Of a stretch of 48,084 nt of DNA, positions 26,467 through 34,712 are shown piece by piece. The stretch is from an uncultured Anaerolineaceae bacterium (lineage in GTDB: Bacteria > Chloroflexota > Anaerolineae > Anaerolineales > Villigracilaceae), in assembly GCA_964560935.1 (NCBI GenBank), contig CAZLOC010000001.1, positions 1-48,084 of the forward strand. Direction: 5' to 3'. A program made the position numbers and the translations under genes. The notes below the pieces were generated by a model. It was not told where the DNA came from. It saw nothing but the letters and a program-made list of their open reading frames with translations, and did not search any database. How positions within the stretch are numbered: position 1 is the stretch's first letter; each line of letters opens with the position of its first letter.

Positions 26467-28589
26467 GATTTGATTTCTTTTCGCGGGGTGGTCGGGACAT
26501 CCTGGGCAGCAGGGGCATCTTTCACCTTTGGATATTCGATGCGCGGATGATAGGAGCCGCGCAGGGTGGTGACGAAGGATTCTGTGATTTTGTTCAGATC
26601 GCTCAGGGTAAGCTGGGTATTGTTGAGCTGACCAGTCGATTGGACATGCTCTATAGTGCTGCGCACGATGGCACGCAACTCGTCTTCATTGCCCGGCCTC
26701 CCGGCGCGGACACGCGCCTCGGTGCCATCCGCCAGCATCAGCAGGGCTGTTTCGCGCGAGCGCGGAGGCGGGCCGGGGTAGCGAAAGTGTTCCGGGTCCA
26801 CCTTGGACTCGTCACCACCCGCAGCCTCAACCGCTTTGGAATACTGGTAACGCGTGAGCATGGTGCCGTGATGTTCGAGAATGAAATCATCGATACGGCG
26901 CGGCAGTCGATGTTTGCGCGCCAGCTTGATGCCATCCAGCACGTGCTGGCTGATGGCGGCGGAACTGTCTGCTGGGTCGAGGTCATCGTGGGTGTTGATG
27001 TTACCGTGCGCCTGGTTCTCGATGAAAAACGCGGGGTTCATGGCCTTGCCCACATCGTGGAAGAGCGCGCCCACGCGCGTGAGCAGCGCGTCTGCGCCAA
27101 TATTTTCGGCGGCCTGCTCGGCCAGGTTGGCAACCTGCAAGCTGTGCTGGTAGGTGCCCGGCGCGTTGCGCAGGAAGAATTGCAGCAGGGGAAAATCGGG
27201 TCGGGAGATCTCGAGCAATTGCAGCGGCGTGGTCAGCCCCAGGATCTGGGCCAGGAAGTATTGCAGCAACAAGGTAATGCTGGCCGAGGCAATGCCGTTG
27301 AACGCCGCTGCGCCCAGCAGGGTAACGATCCCAACCCAGTCCATCTGGTTGAAGGGCAGGCGGAAAGCCAGGATCATGGCTCCTCCCGCCAGGGCAATCG
27401 CGATCCCCGCGCGGAAGAATACCCAGAAACGCCGGGCAGACCCGAGCACGAGTACGCCCGTCAACGAGGACAGCATATAATAAGGCATCAGGTCAAGCGT
27501 GTTGGGCAGGTCATAGGCCGCCAATACGGAGATGACCAACCCGAAGATCATGCCTGTTTCCAGGTTGAAGAGCGTTGCCAGCAACAGCCCGACCGCGGCC
27601 AGCGGGTAAAGGTAGGGGATGATCGTGCGGTTAGGGATGGATAACCTTGCCCCGACCAGGAAAACAATAAAGATGATAGCGATAAGCACCAGGCTGCGGA
27701 CTTCGGAAAGATGAGGCCGGTTGCGGCGATAGAAATACAACCCGACAAAAGTAGTCGTCAGGGTAACCAACGCGACCACTCCCAGATAATCCTGCCATTG
27801 CTTGCCGGACTCGATCAGCCCCAATTTTTCGAGCGCTTCGAGTTGCGCAGGGCTGATGAGCTGGCCGCCGGCCACCACCATCTCGCCCGGTTTATAGGTC
27901 TGGACCACCGGCTGGACGGCATCGCGCGCGGCCTGACGGGCGGCTTCGGTCAGTTCGAGACTGCTGAAGCTGTTCGGCGCAATAAATGCAGACACCAACT
28001 CTGCGACCAGTCCCGCCTGCTCTTCGGTCAGCGCCAGGCTGACCAGCGAGGGCACGCCGCGGCGAATGGTCTGCAGGTCGTTCTCGCGGATGGTGTTGCG
28101 CATGACCTGTTCCAGCACCCTCAGGGCTTCCTGCTGGGTGGTGTCCCAGCGGGCAGCCGGCAAGTTGATGATTTGATCGCTGGTTTCAGGTTTTAGGGTC
28201 AGGTCGCTCAGGGCAGCCAGGTCAGTTTGCTTTTGCTCGGGAGCGGCAAACTCATCGGCACGCACCAGGCTGATATAATCGAGAGCAGCCCGCAGATGTT
28301 CGATCTGACCGCGCGCGATGGACGGGTCGGGCAGGGAATAGACCGGCGGGACGGCACGTTCGGCAGCCGCGCGCGCTTCTTCCGTCCGCACTTTGCTGAC
28401 GTATTCAATTGCCTGGGGAGCCTGCAAGTCGCGCGGCGCGACGTCGCCTGCTGAGAGCGGCAGGGCCTCGGGGCTGAGGGACAGCGGCGCGATCAGGGCG
28501 ACCAACGAGACCAGGCCCACCAGGATGAGCAGGATGAATTGGATCGTGCGAATGCGGGCAGGGACTTTCCCTGGCTTGGCAGAAGCCAT
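26463..28589 (-). CDS. 7TM-receptor HD-GYP-like phosphohydrolase (PgpH/YqfF family)
   Basis: N-terminal extracellular domain, seven hydrophobic helices, then an HD domain (HSLQVANLAEQAA, LFHDVGK, ILEHHG). Confidence 0.85.
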   Translation of the reverse strand: MASAKPGKVPARIRTIQFILLILVGLVSLVALIAPLSLSPEALPLSAGDVAPRDLQAPQAIEYVSKVRTEEARAAAERAVPPVYSLPDPSIARGQIEHLRAALDYISLVRADEFAAPEQKQTDLAALSDLTLKPETSDQIINLPAARWDTTQQEALRVLEQVMRNTIRENDLQTIRRGVPSLVSLALTEEQAGLVAELVSAFIAPNSFSSLELTEAARQAARDAVQPVVQTYKPGEMVVAGGQLISPAQLEALEKLGLIESGKQWQDYLGVVALVTLTTTFVGLYFYRRNRPHLSEVRSLVLIAIIFIVFLVGARLSIPNRTIIPYLYPLAAVGLLLATLFNLETGMIFGLVISVLAAYDLPNTLDLMPYYMLSSLTGVLVLGSARRFWVFFRAGIAIALAGGAMILAFRLPFNQMDWVGIVTLLGAAAFNGIASASITLLLQYFLAQILGLTTPLQLLEISRPDFPLLQFFLRNAPGTYQHSLQVANLAEQAAENIGADALLTRVGALFHDVGKAMNPAFFIENQAHGNINTHDDLDPADSSAAISQHVLDGIKLARKHRLPRRIDDFILEHHGTMLTRYQYSKAVEAAGGDESKVDPEHFRYPGPPPRSRETALLMLADGTEARVRAGRPGNEDELRAIVRSTIEHVQSTGQLNNTQLTLSDLNKITESFVTTLRGSYHPRIEYPKVKDAPAAQDVPTTPRKEIKS

Positions 28590-28592
28590 CAG

Positions 28593-29039
28593 TTAGCCAG
28601 CGAGCAGCTCTTTTACCATCGCGCTGACCTCGCCGCCGGGCGCGCGGCCAGCCACCTTTTCCAGGACGACCTTCATCACCTTCCCCATATCAGCGGGCGC
28701 GGAGGCGTCAGTCTCGGCGATGGCAGCCTTCACGATCTCGCGCAACTCGTCCGCGGACATGGCTTCTGGCAGGAAGGCTTCCAGCACAACGATTTCGGCT
28801 TGGTTGTCTTTGATGAGATCATCGCGGCCAGCGGTTTTGGCCTCTTCGAGGGCTTCCTTACGGTTCTTGATCTCCTTTTGCAGCAGCGCGATGACCGCCA
28901 TCTCGTCCAGCGTGGTCTGTTTGTCCACTTCGACCTGTTTGATGGCTGCCAGCGCCATGCGGATGGTGTTCTTGCGCACCGTATCGCCAGAGCGCATGGC
29001 GTCCTTCATTGATTCGTTAAGTTGAGTTTTTATGTCCAT
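28593..29039 (-). CDS. GatB/YqeY domain protein
   Basis: 148 aa. LNESMKDAMRSGD...LQKEIKNRKEALEEA...GKVMKVV follows the YqeY pattern. Confidence 0.85.
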   Translation of the reverse strand: MDIKTQLNESMKDAMRSGDTVRKNTIRMALAAIKQVEVDKQTTLDEMAVIALLQKEIKNRKEALEEAKTAGRDDLIKDNQAEIVVLEAFLPEAMSADELREIVKAAIAETDASAPADMGKVMKVVLEKVAGRAPGGEVSAMVKELLAG

Positions 29040-29171
29040 GTAGAGGATTATACTAGAAAGCCACCCTGGTTTATGCCGGCGTTATTCGGAGACTTTCGGT
29101 CACGCCCGAAGCTTTTTACCGACAAACCCACTTGCTTTGCTCTAAATCTATATTCGGAACAAACCAGACGT

Positions 29172-29298
29172 GAGCGCGCATATCAACGTGGCTGCCACAT
29201 CATGCAGTTGACCCCACAAATCATGCATGGATGCGCATCGCTTTTATGAAAGGCTGGGGTTTGCAAAATCACATATTGGGATGAAAATAAATCTGTGA
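29172..29298 (+). pseudogene. decayed C-terminal remnant of a GNAT acetyltransferase (frameshifted, truncated)
   Basis: One frame reads ERAYQRGCHIMQLT. After a frame change near 29225, the frame from 29233 reads AHRFYERLGFAKSHIGMKINL-stop, the classic GNAT C-terminus (A..FY...GF). Only ~85 codons of space separate this from the previous gene. Confidence 0.4.
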
Positions 29299-29582
29299 AA
29301 AACGAAAATATTGAAGTAATTCATAACCAAGAAGAACATCGCTTCGAGATCACAACCGATGGGCATGTAGCCGTGCTTGATTACATGTTGAAGGGTGAGA
29401 TCATGATCTTTACGCACACTGGCGTTCCACCTGCCATTGGGGGACGAGGTTTAGGCAGCAAGTTGGTTAAGACTGGTCTGGATTATGCCAGAGAGAATCG
29501 TCTGCAAATCAGGTCCTTGTGCTGGTTTGTGAGTAAATATATCCGTCGCCATCCCGAATACCAGGATCTGGCGAAAAAATAG
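29295..29582 (+). CDS. small GNAT-like N-acetyltransferase (YjdJ-type, ~95 aa)
   Basis: HNQEEHRFEITTDGHVAVLDY...IFTHTGVPPAIGGRGLGSKLVKTGLDYARENRLQIRSLCWFV matches the short Acetyltransf_CG family pattern. GTG start. Confidence 0.75.
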   Translation: MKNENIEVIHNQEEHRFEITTDGHVAVLDYMLKGEIMIFTHTGVPPAIGGRGLGSKLVKTGLDYARENRLQIRSLCWFVSKYIRRHPEYQDLAKK

Positions 29583-29861
29583 GGTTATGCCTGATGGGGT
29601 TGGCGCAGTTTCTGCATATAAAACGATCAGGGTGTTCGTAAGTAAAGGTAGAAAAACGATCCCAACGCGTAACCTATTCGCGAAGAAATCGTCTTGGATA
29701 TAACAGCGAGTATCCATTAATGGAGGGACAGCAACAACAGGGAGGAGACTTTACGGGTCTGTTGGTGCTGCCAGCTACTTTTTAGCGGTGTGGACATTGA
29801 CTAGTTTTGGCAGACTCGAATGCTCGTCTGAAATATAAACAAACAACATCAACTGGCGAGA

Positions 29862-30155
29862 ATGACAAATTATCGATTTTCTAAGCAAGAGGTGGTTAAG
29901 CTGTTGCCACAGCTCAGGGAACTCCGCGTGGAATATCCTCCTGAACTGTTGGCTGCCCAGCGCGAGTTATACCTTGACATGGTAATACAACTGGCCGCAA
30001 CACGTAGCGCGGTCAATACCAGAAGACAACAGCGGAGATATTCAATCATGCACGAACCAAGTTCAATGGTGGTAAAAGCCCTCATCGTGGTTTTTACAGC
30101 GTTTCTGATTGCATTTGTGGCGTACTCGATTGCAACTGGCAATGTAAATTTTTGA
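29862..30155 (+). CDS. hypothetical tail-anchored membrane protein (97 aa)
   Basis: The only ORF in an A+T-richer patch, with a C-terminal TM (VVKALIVVFTAFLIAFVAYSIA). No recognisable domain. Confidence 0.4.
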   Translation: MTNYRFSKQEVVKLLPQLRELRVEYPPELLAAQRELYLDMVIQLAATRSAVNTRRQQRRYSIMHEPSSMVVKALIVVFTAFLIAFVAYSIATGNVNF

Positions 30156-30215
30156 GTGGCTAAGAGAATTGTTTTCGAATTGAACCATCCCCTTGTTGGG
30201 AACTCTGCGGTTGAA

Positions 30216-30246
30216 CAAAAACACGCTTCATACGAAGCGCGTTTTT
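30216..30246. terminator. bidirectional hairpin terminator next to tRNA 3' end
   Basis: aaaaACACGCTTCatacGAAGCGCGTtttt. Confidence 0.6.
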
Positions 30247-30247
30247 C

Positions 30248-30340
30248 TGGCGGGGAGGGCGGGATTCGAACCCGCGGTCGAGTTTAACCCCGACACTCAC
30301 TTAGCAGGCGAGCCCAATCAGCCAGCTCTGGCACCTCCCC
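30248..30340 (-). tRNA. tRNA-Ser (anticodon GCU), CCA encoded
   Basis: The reverse complement GGGGAGGTGCCAGAGCTGG...CTCGCCTGCTAAGTGAG...long variable arm...GCGGGTTCGAATCCCGCCCTCCCCGCCA folds by hand into a class II cloverleaf. Anticodon loop is CU-GCU-AA. Confidence 0.9.
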
Positions 30341-30368
30341 ATATTCAATTTTCTTGCCCGGAATGACA

Positions 30369-30456
30369 TGGCGGAGGGAGTGGGATTCGAACCCACGTGG
30401 GCTTGCACCCAACCTGTTTTCAAGACAGGCACCTTCAACCGCTCGGTCATCCCTCC
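30369..30456 (-). tRNA. tRNA-Ser (anticodon UGA), CCA encoded
   Basis: The reverse complement is GGAGGGATGACCGAGCGGTTGAAGGTGCCTGTCTTGAAAACAGG...GTGGGTTCGAATCCCACTCCCTCCGCCA. Anticodon loop is CU-UGA-AA, with a long variable arm. Confidence 0.9.
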
Positions 30457-30572
30457 GGGCGGAACGATTTTACCATATCTTAGTGATGGAATCGATGTTC
30501 GGCGCATTTCCCAATTCACAGCTCTCAAGTTGAATCTCGGAATCCTGACAAACTTGGTATAATTCTCGCCCT

Positions 30573-31988
30573 ATGGAGAAAAAGTATCATATTTGGACTG
30601 AAGGCTGTCAGATGAACGTGGCCGACTCGCAACGCGTCGGCTCGTCGCTGGAGCATTTGGGTTACACCTTTACCGATCAAGCCGAAGAAGCGGATGTTAT
30701 TGTTTTAAACACCTGCGTTGTACGACAATCTGCCGAAGACAAGGCGCTCGGGCGCTTAAGCTCGCTCAAGCCGCTCAAGGACAAGAATCCCGACCTGGTT
30801 ATCAACCTGATGGGCTGCCTGGTGGGTGTGCGCAGTACGGAGAAACTGCGTCAGAAGCTTCCTATGGTGGATGTCTTCTCCCCGCCTTCCGACCCCGGGC
30901 CACTCATCTCCTACCTTACTCAGGGCGAAGTGCAAGACCTGGAAGCTGACGAAACCAAAACCCGTTACGCCATCATGGATGGCGACCCTTCGACTATGCT
31001 CAGGGCAGGCCTGCTGCTCCCGGTTCACGAGCGCGGCAAACTGGTCAGCGCGCATGTGCCGATCGTCTACGGCTGCTCGCACGCCTGTGCCTTCTGCATC
31101 ATTCCCTACAAGCGCGGCATTGAGCGCAGCCGCCCGGTCGGCGACATCGTCAGCGAAGTGCGCTCGCTGGCGGCGCAGGGCGTCAAGGAAGTCACCCTAC
31201 TGGGTCAGATCGTCGACCGCTACGGGGTAGACATCCCCGATGGCCCAGACTTGGCCGGTCTGCTGCGCCTGATCCACGAGGTGGATGGTATCCAACGCAT
31301 TCGCTTCCTGACCTCGCATCCCAACTACTTCAGCGAAGAACTGATGGACACTGTGGCCGAACTGCCAAAAGTGATGCCGCACATCGAAGTCCCCGTCCAG
31401 GCAGGTGACGATCAGGTACTCGAAAACATGAAGCGCGGCTACACCCAGGACGACTACCGTAAACTGGTCACCAAGATTCGCGAACGCATCCCGGACTGTT
31501 CCATTGCGACGGACATTATCGTCGGATTCCCCGGCGAAACGGAAGAACAGTTCATGCAGACGTATCGCGTCTTATCGGACCTCAAGCTGGATGTCGCTCA
31601 TTTGGCGCGTTACTCGCCTCGGGTGGGCACCGTTTCCGCCCGCCGCATGGACGATGATGTCCCCGACGCCGAAAAGCGCCGTCGCTTCCACCTGCTGGAA
31701 GATTTGCAAGAGGGGATCGTGGGTGAGATCAACGCCAAACTACTCGGCCAGACTGTCGAAGTGCTGTTCGAAGAAAAAGTCAAAGGCCGCTGGAAGGGAC
31801 GCACGCCCACCAACAAACTGGTCTTCGTTGAATCGGAAGAAGACCCTTCGACAGCCCTTCGACAAGCTCAGGATAACAGCTCAGGGCGAGATTTGCAGGG
31901 CCAGATCGAAAATGTCGCCATCACGTGGACGGGGCCCTGGTCCATGCAGGCCAACCTGATACGACAGCCAGTCGCAATTTCGTTATGA
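30573..31988 (+). CDS. miaB: tRNA-i6A37 methylthiotransferase MiaB
   Basis: UPF0004 N-domain (WTEGCQMNVADS), radical-SAM CxxxCxxC (GCSHACAFCIIPYKRG) and a C-terminal TRAM domain. Confidence 0.95.
   Translation: MEKKYHIWTEGCQMNVADSQRVGSSLEHLGYTFTDQAEEADVIVLNTCVVRQSAEDKALGRLSSLKPLKDKNPDLVINLMGCLVGVRSTEKLRQKLPMVDVFSPPSDPGPLISYLTQGEVQDLEADETKTRYAIMDGDPSTMLRAGLLLPVHERGKLVSAHVPIVYGCSHACAFCIIPYKRGIERSRPVGDIVSEVRSLAAQGVKEVTLLGQIVDRYGVDIPDGPDLAGLLRLIHEVDGIQRIRFLTSHPNYFSEELMDTVAELPKVMPHIEVPVQAGDDQVLENMKRGYTQDDYRKLVTKIRERIPDCSIATDIIVGFPGETEEQFMQTYRVLSDLKLDVAHLARYSPRVGTVSARRMDDDVPDAEKRRRFHLLEDLQEGIVGEINAKLLGQTVEVLFEEKVKGRWKGRTPTNKLVFVESEEDPSTALRQAQDNSSGRDLQGQIENVAITWTGPWSMQANLIRQPVAISL
31845..31889. repeat. 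45-nt low-complexity repeat-derived segment in frame inside the miaB TRAM domain
   Basis: CCCTTCGACA occurs twice (31844-31853 and 31855-31864) and AGCTCAGG twice (31865-31872 and 31878-31885). The segment encodes PSTALRQAQDNSSGR. Confidence 0.55.
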
Positions 31989-31992
31989 TGCC

Positions 31993-32029
31993 CGTAGGGG
32001 CGGGGTTACCCGTCCCTACGTTATTTTTT
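31993..32029 (+). terminator. rho-independent terminator after miaB
   Basis: CGTAGGGGCGGGgttaCCCGTCCCTACG followed by ttatttttt. Confidence 0.75.
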
Positions 32030-32038
32030 GGAGGGACA

Positions 32039-32470
32039 ATGCCGCACATCCGCCCGCTTGCCATTTGTATTTTCAGCCACAATGGCAAAATCCTCGTTTC
32101 TGAAGAACACGATCCCAGTAAAGGCGAGACATTCTACCGTCCGCTGGGTGGGGGGATCGAATTCGGTGAACACAGCGCCGACACCATCCGCCGCGAGTTA
32201 AGGGAGGAGATCGGCACAGAAGTGAAGAGTTTGGTTTATCTTGGCACGCTGGAGAACATCTTCATCTTCAACGGGGAACCCGGCCATGAGATCGTGCAGG
32301 TCTATGATGGGGCTTTGAAAGAGTCTGGGTTGTACGAGCAGGCCGTGATTTCAGGTCATGAAGCGGACGTCAGTCTGTCCATGAAGGTGATCTGGAAAAG
32401 CCTGGACGAATTTGGGCCGGGCAAGTCTATCCTGTATCCCGAGGGCTTGTTTGAGATGCTGAATCAGTAG
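32039..32470 (+). CDS. NUDIX hydrolase
   Basis: Nudix box GGGIEFGEHSADTIRRELREEIG. The ATG at 32039 follows GGAGGGA; the track start is 31925. Confidence 0.85.
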   Translation: MPHIRPLAICIFSHNGKILVSEEHDPSKGETFYRPLGGGIEFGEHSADTIRRELREEIGTEVKSLVYLGTLENIFIFNGEPGHEIVQVYDGALKESGLYEQAVISGHEADVSLSMKVIWKSLDEFGPGKSILYPEGLFEMLNQ

Positions 32471-32530
32471 TTGACATTTCGTTTTTAGGGGATTCTTTTC
32501 TAACAGCTTTGTAAAGTACTTTAGGGTATG

Positions 32531-32559
32531 TTGAGAATAAAAACGACTTAGCATATAAT
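32531..32559 (+). promoter_or_regulatory. sigma70-like promoter upstream of the GGDEF gene
   Basis: TTGAGA (32531-32536), a 17-nt spacer and TATAAT (32554-32559), about 33 nt before the ATG. Confidence 0.5.
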
Positions 32560-32591
32560 TTCACAAGAGGAAGGGATACAATAGATGCCTG

Positions 32592-33809
32592 ATGCCCCCA
32601 AAAATTGTACAACCACCGGAACCCAATAAACTTCTCTCGCAAGAACAGGAGCCGATCAATGCTTTGCATGACTGGCGCAGCAGTGTTCTAGATATTTTTC
32701 TGCCGCTTACTTCGCTCGCTATTTTTCCCTCGGTTGTTCAAACTGTGCTGCAAGCAATCAAAAATCCACAGATTGCATGGCAGGGGGTTGCAATATTTTT
32801 ATTCTTTTACCTGATCCTTGTTTTTGCAACCATTCAACGAAACCTGGGTGCAAACGTACGTAGTTGGATTGTCGTCGCTCTAACCTATCTGACCGGCGTG
32901 GTATCAATGGCACGCGGTGGTTTGGCCGGGGACGGAACTATTTTTCTGACAGTTTTGCCAATCCTGACCATCACACTGGTAAACGCACGGATGGGGATAT
33001 ATGCTGCTGGGGTTTCATTATCTACTTTTGTCGTATTTGGAATATTGGCCCACTTCGGTGTGCTGAGTCAATGGCTGATTATTCATGATAATCCGCAGAC
33101 TCCGGATCAATGGCTTTACTTTGGATTGGCGATGAGTACATTGATCATTGTGACCGTCTTCGTTGTGGTCAGGTTCTCCAACTTCCAATTGGAAACGCTT
33201 GAGTCAGTCCAGAAAGTGTCGCAAGCCCTTGCAGATGCCAACAGGCAGTTGGAGCAAAAAATACTACAGCGTACCCAGGAACTCAGCAATGCCAACCAGC
33301 ATTTACAATTCCTTGCCACCCACGACAATTTAACAGGCCTACCAAACCGTATTCTATTTTTTGACCGTCTCGAACAGGCCATCAAAAAAAGTCGTCGGCA
33401 AAAGCATCGCTTTGCTCTGTTTTTTATTGACCTGGATGACTTCAAAAGGATCAATGATTATTTTGGGCATCTCGTTGGAGACCAGGTGCTACAAACCGTC
33501 GCCGATATTCTAAATCATGTTGTGCGTGATAGTGACACGGTTGCACGCCTGGCGGGAGACGAATTCACGATCATTCTGGACAACGTTCAAGACATATCCA
33601 ATATCAAAGCCATCGCAAGAAAAGCCATCAAAGCTGTCTCACAACCCATTGAGGTTCCGCAAGAGACCGTTGTCATGACGGTCAGTATTGGTATCAGCTT
33701 ATTTCCCGACCACGGTGAAGATGCCGAAACCCTGCTCCGGAAAGCGGACGCGGCGATGTATCACGTCAAAAACGGGGATAAAAACGGTTATTTCCTGCAT
33801 TCCGAATAA
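32592..33809 (+). CDS. membrane-bound diguanylate cyclase (GGDEF domain, AGDEF variant)
   Basis: Five or six N-terminal hydrophobic helices, a coiled coil, then HDNLTGLPNR...FFIDLDDFKRINDYFGH..GD...RDSDTVARLAGDEFTIIL. Confidence 0.9.
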   Translation: MPPKIVQPPEPNKLLSQEQEPINALHDWRSSVLDIFLPLTSLAIFPSVVQTVLQAIKNPQIAWQGVAIFLFFYLILVFATIQRNLGANVRSWIVVALTYLTGVVSMARGGLAGDGTIFLTVLPILTITLVNARMGIYAAGVSLSTFVVFGILAHFGVLSQWLIIHDNPQTPDQWLYFGLAMSTLIIVTVFVVVRFSNFQLETLESVQKVSQALADANRQLEQKILQRTQELSNANQHLQFLATHDNLTGLPNRILFFDRLEQAIKKSRRQKHRFALFFIDLDDFKRINDYFGHLVGDQVLQTVADILNHVVRDSDTVARLAGDEFTIILDNVQDISNIKAIARKAIKAVSQPIEVPQETVVMTVSIGISLFPDHGEDAETLLRKADAAMYHVKNGDKNGYFLHSE

Positions 33810-33819
33810 CCCTGTCCGT

Positions 33820-34491
33820 TCATATCTTGCGCAACTGCACGCGCAATTTGCTTTCTCCCGCTAAGCCACGGATTTGTTCCATAACATTCTCTGCGATCGT
33901 CTTGACCAGCGGGCGGTCGTCTGAATCGCCCTGGAAATGCAACGGCTTGCCAACCGTGATTGCATACGGCCCGCGCAGATACCAGGTGATGGTATCCGGT
34001 TCGCCCTCCAGCGTGGTTGGCACACGCTTGCAATTTTCATCGCGTAGATGAATGCCAATCGGCACCACCGGCACGCCACTCTGCAATGCCAGCCGCGCCA
34101 CGCCGGAGCGGACGGGGGCAAAGCCATTCGCCGGGCTGATAGCGCCCTCCGGAAAGATGACGACAGAACGACCGGCAGCTAATGCGCGGACTGCCTGTTT
34201 CAGCACCCGATCGCTCTGGCCTTTGCCACGGATCACCTCGATCTGCTGCATCTTGCGCATGTATGCACCCAGCACCGGGATCGAAAATATCTTGGAGTTG
34301 ATCATCACGCTCATCGGCTGTTTTGTGATCAAATGAATGTAGATCGGGTCAGTGGTGCTGGGATGGTTGGCGGCAAACAATACAGGGCCTTGCGGTAATG
34401 ATTCTTGCCAGTGCACGTCCATTTTGAGCATCAGGCGGGCATAGGTACCGATGATGATGCGACCGGCTTCGTAGAGCAATTTAGAGAGCAT
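33820..34491 (-). CDS. plsC: 1-acyl-sn-glycerol-3-phosphate acyltransferase family protein
   Basis: H(X)4D block AANHPSTTDP and the FPEGA block. Confidence 0.85.
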   Translation of the reverse strand: MLSKLLYEAGRIIIGTYARLMLKMDVHWQESLPQGPVLFAANHPSTTDPIYIHLITKQPMSVMINSKIFSIPVLGAYMRKMQQIEVIRGKGQSDRVLKQAVRALAAGRSVVIFPEGAISPANGFAPVRSGVARLALQSGVPVVPIGIHLRDENCKRVPTTLEGEPDTITWYLRGPYAITVGKPLHFQGDSDDRPLVKTIAENVMEQIRGLAGESKLRVQLRKI

Positions 34492-34658
34492 GGGCAGGGT
34501 TCCTTTTAGATAGACGATTGTATGAACACTTTAGAGCCGAAAAGTTTCATACGCAGGATGTTACCTGCTTATCGATTTTTCCTCCTATCCGGGAGCTAAC
34601 GGGGAGCTATCAAGGAATCACCAATTTGAAAACAAAAATCCCCATCAGCCTTCGGCCA

Positions 34659-34700
34659 CCTCTCCTAAAGACGACTGGGGTTCGTCGTCTTTAGGAGAGG
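34659..34700 (-). terminator. perfect 17-bp inverted repeat just downstream of the acnA stop (terminator or REP)
   Basis: CCTCTCCTAAAGACGAC (34659-34675), an 8-nt loop, GTCGTCTTTAGGAGAGG (34684-34700). On the minus strand a T-tract (gatttttgtttt) follows only ~19 nt later. Confidence 0.45.
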
Positions 34701-34712
34701 ATGGGTTTGGGC

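Noticed and set aside
26547-27644. 365-aa + strand ORF antisense to the PgpH-like gene
   Set aside because: Shadow ORF. The minus frame has seven TM helices and the HD motifs.
29583-30247. Possible genomic islet integrated at the 3' end of tRNA-Ser(GCU)
   Set aside because: The patch is A+T-richer and holds only a 97-aa orphan. I found no integrase, no direct repeat of the tRNA 3' end, and the patch is under 0.7 kb. It is better described as a decayed flank.
30301-30562. ORFs of 75 aa (-) and 64 aa (+)
   Set aside because: Both lie directly on the two tRNA-Ser genes and are artefacts of the tRNA sequence.
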